Below, piece after piece: positions 52,900 to 64,000 of a stretch of DNA of 64,000 nucleotides. The notes beneath the pieces are model-generated. The model ran no database searches. It was not told the DNA's origin and was given only the letters and a program-made list of their open reading frames with translations. A program made the translations under genes and the position numbers. Positions within the stretch are counted from its first letter, which is position 1, and each line of letters starts with the position of its first letter. This DNA comes from Octopus vulgaris (taxonomy: Eukaryota): positions 81,902,001-81,966,000 of the forward strand of contig OX597819.1 of the NCBI GenBank assembly GCA_951406725.2, given 5' to 3'.

Positions 52900-54168
52900 T
52901 TGGGTTGAAGAATGATTTACGAGCGTTTTCTTCAAATTTATTTTAAACAAAAAACTACAACACATTAATCAATATTATACTTTCCGTTGCTGTTTACGAC
53001 TTCCCACAGTTCAATAAGTTTTTCGATACCTCGGCGATAGAAATCTCCCGGTTTTGACTCAAAGAAAACGTCCCACCATGCCACCTATTCCACGTCATTA
53101 TTGAACGATACACCACGCAAAGCATTCGAAAGCGGTCGAAAGAGATGAAAATCTGACGGCGCCAAGACTGGACGGTATGGAGGATGAAGTAGTAATTCCC
53201 ATTCGAGTTCTTGAATCGCGGCTTTGGATATATTGGCAATATGTGGACGGGCGTTGCCGTGTTGCAGAAGAACACCATTTCGCCTATTCGGTCATTTTTG
53301 CTGAATTGTTTCGTTGAGTCGGTACAGTTATTGAAAGTAGAGCTCCGCAGTGAGTGTTTGGTTGCATTCAAGCAGTTCGTAATGAATTATGCTTTCCCTG
53401 TCCCACCATACAAACAACATGGTCTTTCGAGGGTGAACGTCTTGTTTTGTTAGCGGAGTCGCTTGTTTGTCGGGGCTGAGCCATACTTTTTGCTGCATCA
53501 TAATGCGGTAAAGGCTCCATTTTTCTTCGCCATTGACAATGCTGTTTGCGACCATATGTTGTGCGATGTTGAACGACCAAGTTGGCGGCGATTGTGGAGT
53601 GTTGATATTTGTTGCTTTCGCTCAAAGTATGTGACACCCAGCGCCGAGTTTCTGAACCTTGGCAACTGAGTGAAGGTGGTTCATCACAGTTTTTTTTATT
53701 ACGATCCATTTACTCCGCTAATTCTCAGGCCGTTTGACATAGATTTTCACGAAGTTGATTCAATCGCTCTTCATCGAACTCAATTGGTTGATCGGCGTAT
53801 GATCCATCCTTGAGGCCAGAATTCCTGTTTTTGAAGTTCGAAAATCAATGTCAGGCGGTACTTTGAGGCATTGCTCCTCTCCATACACAGCATAATTCTC
53901 ACGAGCAGCATCGGCGGCCTTAACACCTCGATTAAGTGCAAAAAGCAAATGGTGTCGAAAATAAATGCTCAGTTTTGTCCACTTGACATTCCATTTTAAC
54001 GATCTGAAAATACAAAAAAATCAATAAAATTAAAAAAGCATTATCTTGTAGAGCAAAAACTTCTCTTTTAAATAACATAAAACATTTTGCCAGTACGTTT
54101 TATTTCTGCGTGCATTTTTAAAGTTAGAAAGAAAAAAAAAACACTCATGAATTATTCCTCAAATCACA
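52900..54168 (-). mobile_element. Full-length decayed mariner (Mos1/Hsmar-type) DNA transposon, ~1.27 kb
   Basis: TIRs TTGGGTTGAAGAATGATTTACGAGCGTTTT / AAAACACTCATGAATTATTCCTCAA; LLFALNRGVKAADAARE..VYGE, WVSHTLSE, KTMLFVWWD, LQHGNARPH, PYSP.LAPSDFHLF remnant. Confidence 0.92.
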
Positions 54169-54489
54169 TATATAGCTTTATGCCACCATTCGTTCTATTC
54201 CACCTCTTTTTCCTGCTGCAGACCATCCGTTGAACATTACATCTTACATTTCCTCCTCCACTTAAACCCTCTTTTCTACGACTTTTTCGCTCAAACTAAA
54301 CAACATAAACTCCACTCACTATTTCATCCTGTCCCACCCGATTCCACTATACCCACCCATCCCCATTTCCTCCCCGATCCACTCCCTCTCCTCCTCACTC
54401 TCACACTTCCATTACTTCAACCCTCCCACACACCACTTGCTCTTCACTCTCCTCCAAGCCTTCCACCGCCTCCACCACTCCTCCCCACC

Positions 54490-54870
54490 AAACTGTTAGA
54501 GATTGGCTTAATGACACTTTTCCTCACTAGATTGGAAGAAGGGGTCATATGGAATGGTCCCCTCGTTCACCAGACCTTTCTCCCCTTGATTTCTTTTTCT
54601 GGAGTATGTTGAAAGAGAAAGTTTACTCAATAAATATTACAGATTTAAAACACATGAGAGAACGCATTACCAGTCAGTGTGCTGAAATTGATGGCAATGT
54701 AGACTTATTTAATCAAGTTCACCTGAATGTTGCAAGGCGCATCAAGATATTCATTGAAAATGATGGAAATCACTTTGAAAATATTATTTAACATTATAAT
54801 TAAATAAAATTGTTTTGTTTTAAAAGTCTGTATTAATCCCCATGTACGCAGACTTTGTGGACACCGTCTA
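54490..54870 (+). mobile_element. Tc1/mariner-superfamily transposase 3' fragment with right end
   Basis: VRDWLNDTFP..IGRRG.MEWSPRSPDLSPLDFFFWSMLKEKVY...DGNHFE; end GTGGACACCGTCTA. Confidence 0.85.
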
Positions 54871-55742
54871 TTATTTTGTAAAACAATATTTAATTAGTTT
54901 AAACGTACACAAATGCATAAACATAATTTTTAATTGAATTAGACATTTGCAAATACTATTAAATTTCATTCAAATCTAAAAAAAAGGTAAAATTGGACAG
55001 AACTGACTGAATGACTTGATATGTATATCATCTATGATATTCTAGTAGGTTTCAAGTTTATAACACCTTGATATCTCATGTTATCTCATTTTATATGCCT
55101 AAGACGTTTATTTTCTATTCTGGTTTTTATATATTTCTATACATTATATTTGTATCTATAATTTATTTTAAGCCGAAACATAATACGATCCTTGAACGAA
55201 CGAAAGAACAAGAATGTCCTCTGGAACTTTTATCATCCACCGGTGTATGTAATCGATGGTGACATGTGCGATGATTTTGCGATTATCTTATATTTTACAG
55301 AGAAATTGGAAGCCCCGAATGTAAGTCAGCACTTTATGCATAACTCAATATTTATAGTTCTCTATTTCTAACAGAAATTCTGTCCTCAATAATTATAGAT
55401 ATATTTCTAAATGTAATTCTTTTTCTTCTCGTTCATGCATTCTTGTCTGTCTCTTGACAAAGCTTTCTTTCTCCAGCGCTCACCACTTCACCTCGTTAGG
55501 ATTAAACAGCCCTTACCGAACGTTTTCACTGTCCTATTTCTGTTAGCAGCTTTGACGTTCCACGTATCTCAAATTTTATTTAATTTGCTTTGGGGGAGCA
55601 ATTGCTTTGATGAAGACGCATCTTGTTGCGTTGCGGAGTAGGTAAAACTGCCAACAACTGAGGAAGGGCTGTTTTTTTTTATGCTGCCTTCGCGCTATAG
55701 GTCTCTATATATAATAAATTTTTTTTCTTTCCTCTGCTTCAG

Positions 55743-55772
55743 AAGCCAAGCCAAGCCAAGCCAAGCCAAGCC
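55743..55772. repeat. (AAGCC)n pentanucleotide repeat
   Basis: About 6 units, directly visible. Confidence 0.9.
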
Positions 55773-55793
55773 ATTTGTAATAGTGACGCCAAT

Positions 55794-55998
55794 GCCATAG
55801 CGCTGCCTGTGGGCCTGTGGCTGTGTACAGTCGCCCCAATGGCGCCCAGAGCGAGCTCTGGTCGCCATAGCGCCGACTGTGGGCCGGTGGCTGTATACAG
55901 TCTCCGCAATGGCGCCCTGAGCGAGCTCTGGTCGCCATAGCGTCGACGGTGGGCCGGTAGCTGTGTACAGTCGCCGCAATGGCGCCCAGAGGGAGCTC
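55794..55998. repeat. GC-rich 70-bp tandem repeat (~2.9 units)
   Basis: ATGGCGCCC at 55839, 55909 and 55979 (period 70). Confidence 0.9.
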
Positions 55999-56106
55999 AT
56001 AATACTCCTTGGACCCTAAGTAAGGCATGTGTAAAATTTGAATGAAATTGGTTGTGTGGTTCTCTAGTTTTAGGGAAACACACAGACAGACAGACACACA
56101 TTCTCA

Positions 56107-56120
<14 letters not shown>
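55999..56120 (-). mobile_element. Non-autonomous Helitron-like 5' end
   Basis: Minus strand TATATATAAAACTGAGAATGTGTGTCTGTCTGTGTG...ACCAATTTCATTCAAATTTTACAC resembles Helitron-N/HINE 5' regions. Confidence 0.55.
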
Positions 56121-56168
<48 letters not shown>

Positions 56169-56314
56169 CAAAGCAATTAAGATTCAAGTAACTTCCAATG
56201 AATTTACTTGAATGTGGTACTTAACTTAGATGCACCAGAAAAACTATATGGTGTTATCCATACAGTAATGTGGGGTGATTATAAACGAGAAAGAAGCAAC
56301 AAGAATGGATTGGT

Positions 56315-56405
56315 TTTTAGTACAATTGTTTCATACAAAGACAGGCTTTATTACAAGTTGCAAAAATTGCAGCAGATAAAAGTGTCCCGTACTCATCAGC
56401 TAAAA
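56315..56405 (-). ncRNA. Type I hammerhead ribozyme (mirror copy in the left arm)
   Basis: Reverse complement of 56604-56694 with 2 substitutions in stem II/loop. Confidence 0.83.
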
Positions 56406-56603
56406 TACATTTGAGTTCTCTAGACATCTTAGTGGGTGAGGTTATACTCATGAAATATTGGAGATAGTTCCATTAGAGGCAGATATAGGTTGTAAACAGT
56501 TTTCCAAAGTTCCTTAATGATGATATCTGCCTTTAATGGAACTATCTCCAATATTTCATGAGTATAACCTCACCCACTAAGATGTCTAGAGAACTCAAAT
56601 GTA

Positions 56604-56694
56604 TTTTAGCTGATGAGTACAGGACACTTCTATCTGCTGCAATTTTTGCAACTTGTAATAAAGCCTGTCTTTGTATGAAACAATTGTACTAAAA
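56604..56694 (+). ncRNA. Type I hammerhead ribozyme with palindromic minimal stem III and long stem II loop
   Basis: Stem I TTTTAG/CTAAAA; CTGATGA at 56610-56616; stem II GTACAGGACA/TGTCTTTGTAT; GAAA at 56677-56680; stem III ACAATTGT; GUA cleavage after 56688. Confidence 0.85.
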
Positions 56695-56722
56695 ACCAAT
56701 CCATTCTTGTTGCTTCTTTCTC

Positions 56723-56723
<1 letters not shown>

Positions 56724-56792
<69 letters not shown>

Positions 56793-57001
56793 ATATATAT
56801 ATATATATGTATATATATATGTATATATATATGTATATATATATGTATATGTATATATATATATGTATATATATATATGTATATATATATGTATATATAT
56901 ATGTATATATATATATGTATATATATATATGTATGTATATATATGTATATATATATATATGTATATGTATGTATATATATGTATATATATATATATGTAT
57001 G

Positions 57002-57070
<69 letters not shown>

Positions 57071-57092
57071 GTATATATATATATATGTATAT
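56724..57092. repeat. Long (TA)n/(TATATATATG)n microsatellite
   Basis: Directly visible. Confidence 0.95.
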
Positions 57093-57767
57093 TACGATTT
57101 TTATTCTGTAATTTTATGTACTGCATTTCCATTTTATTTCTGATCGATCTCTTTGCATACACCGTGAACTTTGTTTGCTTCTATATAACTGCTAAACAGT
57201 TTGAAAGAATACCGGGAAATGAGAAAATACAAATATTATCTCTTAAAATTTACAACTTGCTATTCAAGCAGGATCTCTAATTTTAGCAACCTACTTAACG
57301 AGCAACAAATTGAAAATAATTTCAGTCATTATGATCCATTAATCAAGTCTGTGACAAATACTGAATTTCATGCATATGTATGTCTGTCTGTATGCAGAGA
57401 TACATACGTGCATACACACACAAACTCACACACATACTTATATATGTGTATATATATGTATGTATATATATACATATATATATATTGGGATATATATGTG
57501 TATGAATGTATGTATGTATGTATGTATGTATGTATGTATGTATGTATGTATGTATGTATGTATGTATTATGTATGTATGTGAATGTGTACACATAGACAA
57601 TAGGTAAGAGCTAGATAAGCTCATTATAGAAAACACCTAGTGATCAAATGAAGTTGAACTGTGAATTCTTCTTCCTGGATGAGGTCCACGGCATCAAAAG
57701 GGAATATAAGAAAAATCCAAGGCGACCTGATGAGGTGGTAGGGATGCAGATTAAAGCAAATAAGCTT

Positions 57768-57817
<50 letters not shown>

Positions 57818-57931
57818 CAGATAGACAGAGAGAGACAGACAGACAGATACATATTGACACATATATTCACATTTATTCAGAAAGATAAACTCAAGTATAC
57901 ATATACATATATCTTCTATTTGTTTGTCTGT

Positions 57932-57932
<1 letters not shown>

Positions 57933-58020
<88 letters not shown>
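57933..58020. repeat. (TATC)n microsatellite
   Basis: Directly visible. Confidence 0.95.
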
Positions 58021-58059
58021 CCTCTATGTACATATATATATATATATAATTAGTTGTGT

Positions 58060-59063
58060 TTGCAATGGGTTCTAAGCATTTTAATGCAAAGGACAGTGCT
58101 GTGAAAAATAAAAAGCAGATGACGATAGAACTGAAGAAGGAAATCATTGATAAACATGAGAGAGGAGTGCGTGTAGTGGACATAGCACATTAATACGACC
58201 GAAACACGTCGACGATCTGCACCATACTGAAGATAAAGGTTGACATCAAGGCCGTTACAACAGCAATGTGTATCTTCATGCTCTTTGAGCAAAGCACATC
58301 TGTCCTCGAAAGGATGGAAAAATTGCTTTCCAATAAGAAGCAACTCGCTGGGGTTACGAGTACGGAGACCACCATCTGCGAGAAAGCACGAGCGCTGTAT
58401 GGGGATCTCCTAAAGCAGAAACCTGGAACATCGACGGAGGAGACATCAGCAGACGCATTTACGGACAGTCGCAGCTGGTTTGATAATTTCAAGAAGAGGA
58501 CCGGTGTTCATAGCTTTGTCAGGTATGGCGAAGCAGCGAGATCTGACGCGAAAGCATCTGAAGATATTGCACGTGAATTCCGTCAGAAAAAAGCAGACTT
58601 CTCTTGAGATTTTTCTAATGAAGCAACCTGCAAAAGTAAAAAGCGAAGAAAGTGTGTCCAAACAGCCTAAATTAAGCGAAGTTAGAGAGAAAACGCCAGA
58701 AATTGTTCTCCTTGAAGTCTTAATAGAATGATTATCTCCTTCCAAACAGTATTCCACATCCTACACGCTCTATCGTCTACTTCGTGCACAAATCGTCCCA
58801 TCTTTAGGGTAATTCAGTTGATAAAACCAGTTTACATATTTTTTATGCATTCTCATTTTTTTATAATTTTCATTTTACTTGTAACTACACCTTTGCTGTT
58901 TTAAAACTCATAAAAAATTATTTTGTGGTAGCTTTTCGTGGGTGGAACGGATTAATTATATTTTAGTTAATTTCAATGGGGAAAAATTGGTTTGTGAAAC
59001 GAGTAAATCGTAAAACGAGGTCAGTCATGGAACGAATTAAACTTGTACTGCCAGGTATTACTG
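58060..59063 (+). mobile_element. Tigger/pogo DNA transposon, internally deleted
   Basis: CENP-B-type HTH MTIELKKEIIDKHERGVRVVDIA...STICTILK, ICEKARALY, SRSWFDNFKKRTG..GEAA; DDE core absent; right end GGAACGAATTAAACTTGTA...GGTATTACTG. Confidence 0.88.
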
Positions 59064-59079
59064 CATATGTAAATTTATT

Positions 59080-59160
<81 letters not shown>

Positions 59161-59200
59161 TTATATATATATATATATAGATAGATTGATAGATAGAAAG

Positions 59201-59231
<31 letters not shown>

Positions 59232-59241
59232 CATAATCATA

Positions 59242-59291
<50 letters not shown>

Positions 59292-59427
59292 AATAATAAT
59301 ATTGTATACGACCTGAGATCTTTGCCTTGCCTTAATGTTTGTTGTCCTCTTTAACAATTATATATCCATTTACCTAGCGTACCTAATTGTTTAGATCACC
59401 TGTGAATTAAACCCCCATACTTTGTAT

Positions 59428-59458
<31 letters not shown>

Positions 59459-59550
59459 AGTGTATATGTGTTTGTCTTTCTGTGTATATGTAGATCTCTC
59501 TCTCTCTATCTACCTATCTACCTATCTATCTGTCTATATGTTTGTCTATT

Positions 59551-59587
<37 letters not shown>

Positions 59588-59934
59588 CTCTATCTCTCTC
59601 CCTCTCCCCCATATATGTGTGTGTGTGTCTGTGAGTGTGTGCCTGTGTGCGCGCGCGCGTTTTCCAAGCCTAATTGTTTATCTGCATCACTACTTCACAC
59701 TCTTTCTCCCTCTCTCTATACATATACATACATAAATATATATAAATATTTATAACTATATATATTTATATATGTATACCTATATTGTATATATGTGCTT
59801 GTTTATATATATATACATATATATATACATACAAATATATATTAACACAATTATGTGTATAAAATTATATATATAGATACACATAATACATACATACGCA
59901 TATATATATATATTTGTATGTATATATATAAACA

Positions 59935-59967
<33 letters not shown>

Positions 59968-60632
59968 TACACGCACACATAAATATACATACATATATAC
60001 CTACATATATATACACATTCATATATATATACGCGTGTGTGTGTGAGTGTACATAAACATACGAATAGACATGTGTTTGTGTGTATGTGTGTGCGGGTCT
60101 TAATATAGCTTGAATACAAATAAATACTTATTCATGGATGCTACCGATCTTATCCAGAATTATTTCAGTTTAATTGGGCATAATAACAGAGTTTTACTCG
60201 GATGTGTCTGCATGAATTAGCTCAAATTATATACTGTATATACGTGTTACCATCTTCGAAATAGGAAAAGAAATTCGGTTTACATGAAATGAAAGAGTAA
60301 ACTAAGTAGGACTGTTGTGGGTCGAATTCACATCTCTTCACCAATTCTATATCAATAGGCCATCAGCTGTAATTTATATAATCTAGTCTAATAGGCCGTA
60401 CGTTTGTTGATGTTTTTGTTGTTGTTTAGGCCCAGATATCTGCGATCAAGCAGACCTACGACTCATAGATAGTCGTCCAAACGACGAATCCGATATACAG
60501 ATCTATCTTCTCAGTTACGCCTCTTCTACCCGATAAGCAAATCGCACATTCTGGCTTGCCTTAATGACTCGTATGGGATGAAATGAGATAGCGTGGGTGT
60601 GTTGTCCACTTTTTACTGGCTAGTTCTTTTCT

Positions 60633-60845
60633 TATGTCTTTACTGCCCACAAGTGGCTACACACGCAGAGGACAAACAAGGACAGACAAACGGTATATGC
60701 GTAACTGGTACTTATTTTATCGATCCCGAAAGGATGAAAGGCAAAGTCGGCCTCGGCGGAATTAGAACTCAGAACGTAGTGGCAGTCGAAATACCGCTCA
60801 GCATTTCGCCCGGCGTGCTAATGTTTCTGCCAGCTCGCCGCCTTC
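60633..60845 (-). mobile_element. tRNA-derived SINE (28395 family, alternative tail) with 13-bp TSD
   Basis: Head AAGGCGGCGAGCTGGCAGAAAC on the minus strand; TSD CTAGTTCTTTTCT at 60620-60632 and 60858-60870. Confidence 0.85.
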
Positions 60846-61134
60846 ATTTCTGTACACCTAGTTCTTTTCTGTACGTCTGCATACTCTGGTGGTGTCTACA
60901 GTAGGAACAGAGCTAGGTAGACAGTGAGTGTTAGTTGCATTTATGGATGGTAGGATGCCAACTCTGAACCAAATTGATTGGAAATAGAGCGGTTATTGAT
61001 ACTACAGCCAGTTCCGTAAAAATGTTGGTTTTCTCGTTTGTTTCCGATGACTGAAACGAATATTGTGTTCAATCCTTTTCTGGAATATATCTATGTCCAT
61101 GTCTATAGAATAGAATTATCGGAAGACAAAGATG

Positions 61135-61250
61135 AGTATGGACATTCAGATATTGGTAGACCAAGAAAATATATCGATCAACTTGTGGAAGACACAGGAT
61201 ACCGGTGTGATGATAAGAAGACTGCTACGGCAATTCAGAACATCTGACCA
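61135..61250 (+). mobile_element. RTE-type LINE 3' fragment
   Basis: GHSDIGRPRKYIDQLVEDTG resembles the RTE C-terminal motif GRP..TYIDQL..DTG. Confidence 0.55.
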
Positions 61251-61949
61251 TATAGATAAGATATGTACATGTTAAAGTTGTGCTTCTAGGGGATAATTAA
61301 TTATTGGAGTTACTTCAGATTAAACATATCTAATTTAACATATCTAAAACAAAAAATAACTGTTCCATATTAAACAGTTTTATGAACATTTACTAAATTA
61401 TCGACTCGGTATAGAAGAGAAAAAAGGAAAAAAAAAAATATATGAACACATCCTAGAAGTTCAGATTGCAAGTGTTTTATTCTTTATAGACAAACTGTAG
61501 TTCTCCAATTCCATAGCTAACTCGAATTTATAACTCAGGGGTACCTGAAAAACACATGGTGACATAGATGCGCACGTTCATTACATCATATATGCAGATA
61601 CATTGTTTCTATGGATGCCCGTGCGCGTATGGGTAGACACGCACATGCGCACATAGATATTAAGTAACAGTGAAAGAGAAAGAGAGAGAAAAGTAAGAGA
61701 GAAAGAGGAAAGAGAACACTGATATGTACTAAGAAATAGAGTTAAATTATGATTGACTTGCAATAACACATTAAGTACTCGGACCGTAACGACTGCTTTG
61801 ACTTCCGGGCTTGTATAATAGTTCAATTTTGTGATCCGGAGCACAACATGGAAAATCCTATTGAAATGAAAAATACTCTATGACTATCTTTCCTGCAAAT
61901 GACGTTCATAGGCGTTATACACTTAACGCTCAATAAATTGTATATTATC

Positions 61950-62038
<89 letters not shown>

Positions 62039-62242
62039 TTATCATATATATATATATATATATATTTATCATATATATATATATATATTTATCATATACA
62101 TATATATATATATATATTATCATATATATATATATAAATATATATATATTATCATATATATATATAAATATATATATATTATCATATATATATAAATATA
62201 TATATATTATCATATATATATATATAAATATATATATATTAT

Positions 62243-62273
<31 letters not shown>

Positions 62274-62280
62274 ATAATAA
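61950..62280. repeat. (TA)n-derived minisatellite with recurring TTATCA/TAAA interruptions
   Basis: Directly visible, units of roughly 20-30 bp. Confidence 0.9.
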
Positions 62281-62470
62281 TATTAGGGAGTAAATCCAAA
62301 CTTACAGGGAAAAATTAGATTTAGGATTAAATCCAATTTTATAGTATAAATATATTATATTAACTTAGAGATAAAACCACTATTAGGCAAATCAATCAGT
62401 GAAAAATCATAAGCCAATACATAGAAATAAAATTAATTTAAAAAATATAAAAGTTAAAATTTAAAAATTA
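62281..62470 (-). mobile_element. Terminal segment of the same family as 37763-38102
   Basis: TATTAGGGAGTAAATCCAAACTTACAGGGAAAAA...AGATAAAACCACTATTAGGCAAATCA...AAGCCAATACATA. Confidence 0.75.
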
Positions 62471-62471
62471 T

Positions 62472-63346
62472 TTGTCCGGTTCGCAGAACATCTCCGAGAC
62501 ATCCGACTCGGCAACGACACCCCTATCTCGCGCCATTTCCGCTCAACCGGTCACTCTTTACAACACCTGTCTGTGTTCGGATTGTTCTTGTACAGGGGCC
62601 ATCAGGACTCCCGTCTTCGCCGTGAGCAGGGATTAATCTTCTCTCTTCGCTCCTTGGCGCCACATGAACTCAACTCTCCTTCCCTCTTCATCTAACCCTC
62701 CTCCTCTCTCCTCTCTTCCTCTCACACCTACTTCCTCCCACCTACCTCCTCTCTCTTGCTCTGGCACTCACATCCTGTCTTCACTCCTACCCACCTTCTC
62801 CCATCCACCCTCTCCCTTCATCGTCACTCCAACCCCTACACATTCCAACCACACTATCCCTATACATACCATCCCATCCCCATCCCTAAGACCCGACCCT
62901 TGCTTCCCCCACTCTCGCCTCCCCAACACCCCAACACCACAAACCACCATACCACACCACATTACACCACACCAGTGCACATACTAGCACTGACCATTTC
63001 CCATCACCTACACCATCATCCACATACCTACACATGCACACACGCACACGTCAACGTCACCAACCCCCATCCACGCGCATATACACGCTGTCACATCCAC
63101 ACGCACGCGAACCTTTGCTTTGGGATAACCACTGCTTTATTATCTCCCCTTCTTCCTAGCTATAATAGATCATTAGCCAGTAAACCTTTTTCTATTTTCT
63201 TTCCCTGTTTATTTCTGCATTCCTTTCTGTCGAAGAGCGTAGGCTCGAAACGTAGAAGACTTTCTCACTTCCCGAGCGTTAAACTAATACATCTGTTTGT
63301 TGTTTATACACGCGTCTTCGTCTTTTGTCTTTCTTTGTAAATTCTC

Positions 63347-63350
<4 letters not shown>
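62472..63350 (+). mobile_element. Penelope-like element 3' end (GIY-YIG C-terminus, pyrimidine-rich UTR, hammerhead)
   Basis: RFAEHLRDIRLGNDTPISRHFRSTGHSLQHLSVFGL...RLRREQGLIFSLRSLAPHELN; ends in (TA)n. Confidence 0.85.
63223..63258 (+). ncRNA. Minimal hammerhead variant (core CTGTCGA)
   Basis: CTTT-CTGTCGAA-GAGC gtag GCTC-GAAA-CGTA-GAAG; palindromic ACGT stem III; non-canonical A6U. Confidence 0.55.
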
Positions 63351-63415
<65 letters not shown>

Positions 63416-63418
<3 letters not shown>

Positions 63419-63600
63419 ATCCAAACAAGAAAACACAGAAAAAAAGAGAAAAAAACACAGCAACGCGAGGACGTGGAATAATTAAAGTATTATTGACGCT
63501 CAGGAAAGAAGGGAAGGAGGGTTTAACGTTTCGAGCGGAGCTCTTCGTCGGAAACAAGGAGAAGGAAAGATCCCAAGAAGGGAAGACAGAGGAAAAAATA
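63416..63600 (-). mobile_element. Second Penelope-like 3' end, tail-to-tail with 62472-63350
   Basis: Related tail TTCCTGAGCGTCAATAATAC versus TTCCCGAGCGTTAAACTAATAC; contains a hammerhead. Confidence 0.7.
63521..63555 (-). ncRNA. Minimal hammerhead variant (core CCGACGA)
   Basis: GTTT-CCGACGAA-GAGC tcc GCTC-GAAA-CGTT-AAAC: perfect stems I and II, palindromic ACGT stem III, U4C variant. Confidence 0.65.
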
Positions 63601-63967
63601 TTTTTGCTGGTGGTGCTCAAGAGATCACATGTTGGTAATATAATATGTGATAATTATTCGGAGTTTTATTATGGCAACCGAATAATTGTCGCATATTATA
63701 TTACAAATAAATTCCTCTATTTACATAATATCGTGGTCTCTTACATTCTTTTGTTATCTTAACATTACTATCAACACTCACACACAGACACACACACACA
63801 AACACACATATATGGTGTATAAATACAGTGCGATATAAATCACAAGAAAACAAATATGTGAATTAATGTAGACTTACCTTGTATTCAATATTTCAAGTTT
63901 ATGACCCCATATATATATATATATTTATATATGCATATGTATATGTATATATATGTATATGCATATG

Positions 63968-64000
<33 letters not shown>

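Larger units (their letters stand above)
56165..56724. mobile_element. Penelope-type inverted (fold-back) terminal repeat inserted in (TA)n
   Basis: Arms 56285-56486 and 56523-56724 (about 3 mismatches), 36-bp spacer, extra ~120-bp extension on the left; (TA)n on both sides; a hammerhead in each arm. Confidence 0.85.

Noticed and set aside
55794-55998. Regularly spaced palindromic repeats resembling a CRISPR array
   Set aside because: Whole 70-bp units repeat with no unique spacers; eukaryotic context and no cas genes
62664-63340. 107- and 194-aa Pro/His/Thr-rich ORFs
   Set aside because: Low-complexity C/A-rich 3' UTR of a Penelope-like element
44-64000. Dozens of 60-200 aa ORFs rich in YI, YVCM, HTYI, SL or ER
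   Set aside because: Translations of stop-free microsatellites; no protein-like complexity

Overview
AT-rich, microsatellite-dense eukaryotic genomic DNA. The SINE, Penelope and LINE repertoire suggests an octopus or other coleoid cephalopod (inference from recalled repeat families). I can support no host protein-coding exon, rRNA, tRNA gene or CRISPR array, and nearly all long ORFs in the track are translations of (TA)n, (CATA)n, (CA)n or (GA)n. The window is a mosaic of decayed mobile elements: a Gypsy LTR element with both LTRs, PBS and PPT (13261-17776); five copies of an R4/Dong-like restriction-endonuclease non-LTR element; CR1-like and RTE LINE fragments; mariner, Tc1, Tigger and hAT DNA transposons; Helitron remnants; tRNA-derived SINEs; and Penelope-like ends carrying hammerhead ribozymes. 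Most notable: (1) the R4/Dong-like family repeatedly abuts (CATA)n in its sense orientation, a candidate microsatellite-targeted retrotransposon; (2) several hammerhead ribozymes sit in (TA)n-embedded units, including a 467-bp terminally redundant retrozyme-like unit and a 440-bp fold-back with a ribozyme on each strand; (3) a SINE trimer is bounded by one 17-bp TSD; (4) a near-identical ~430-bp duplication brackets a 6.5-kb TE block.
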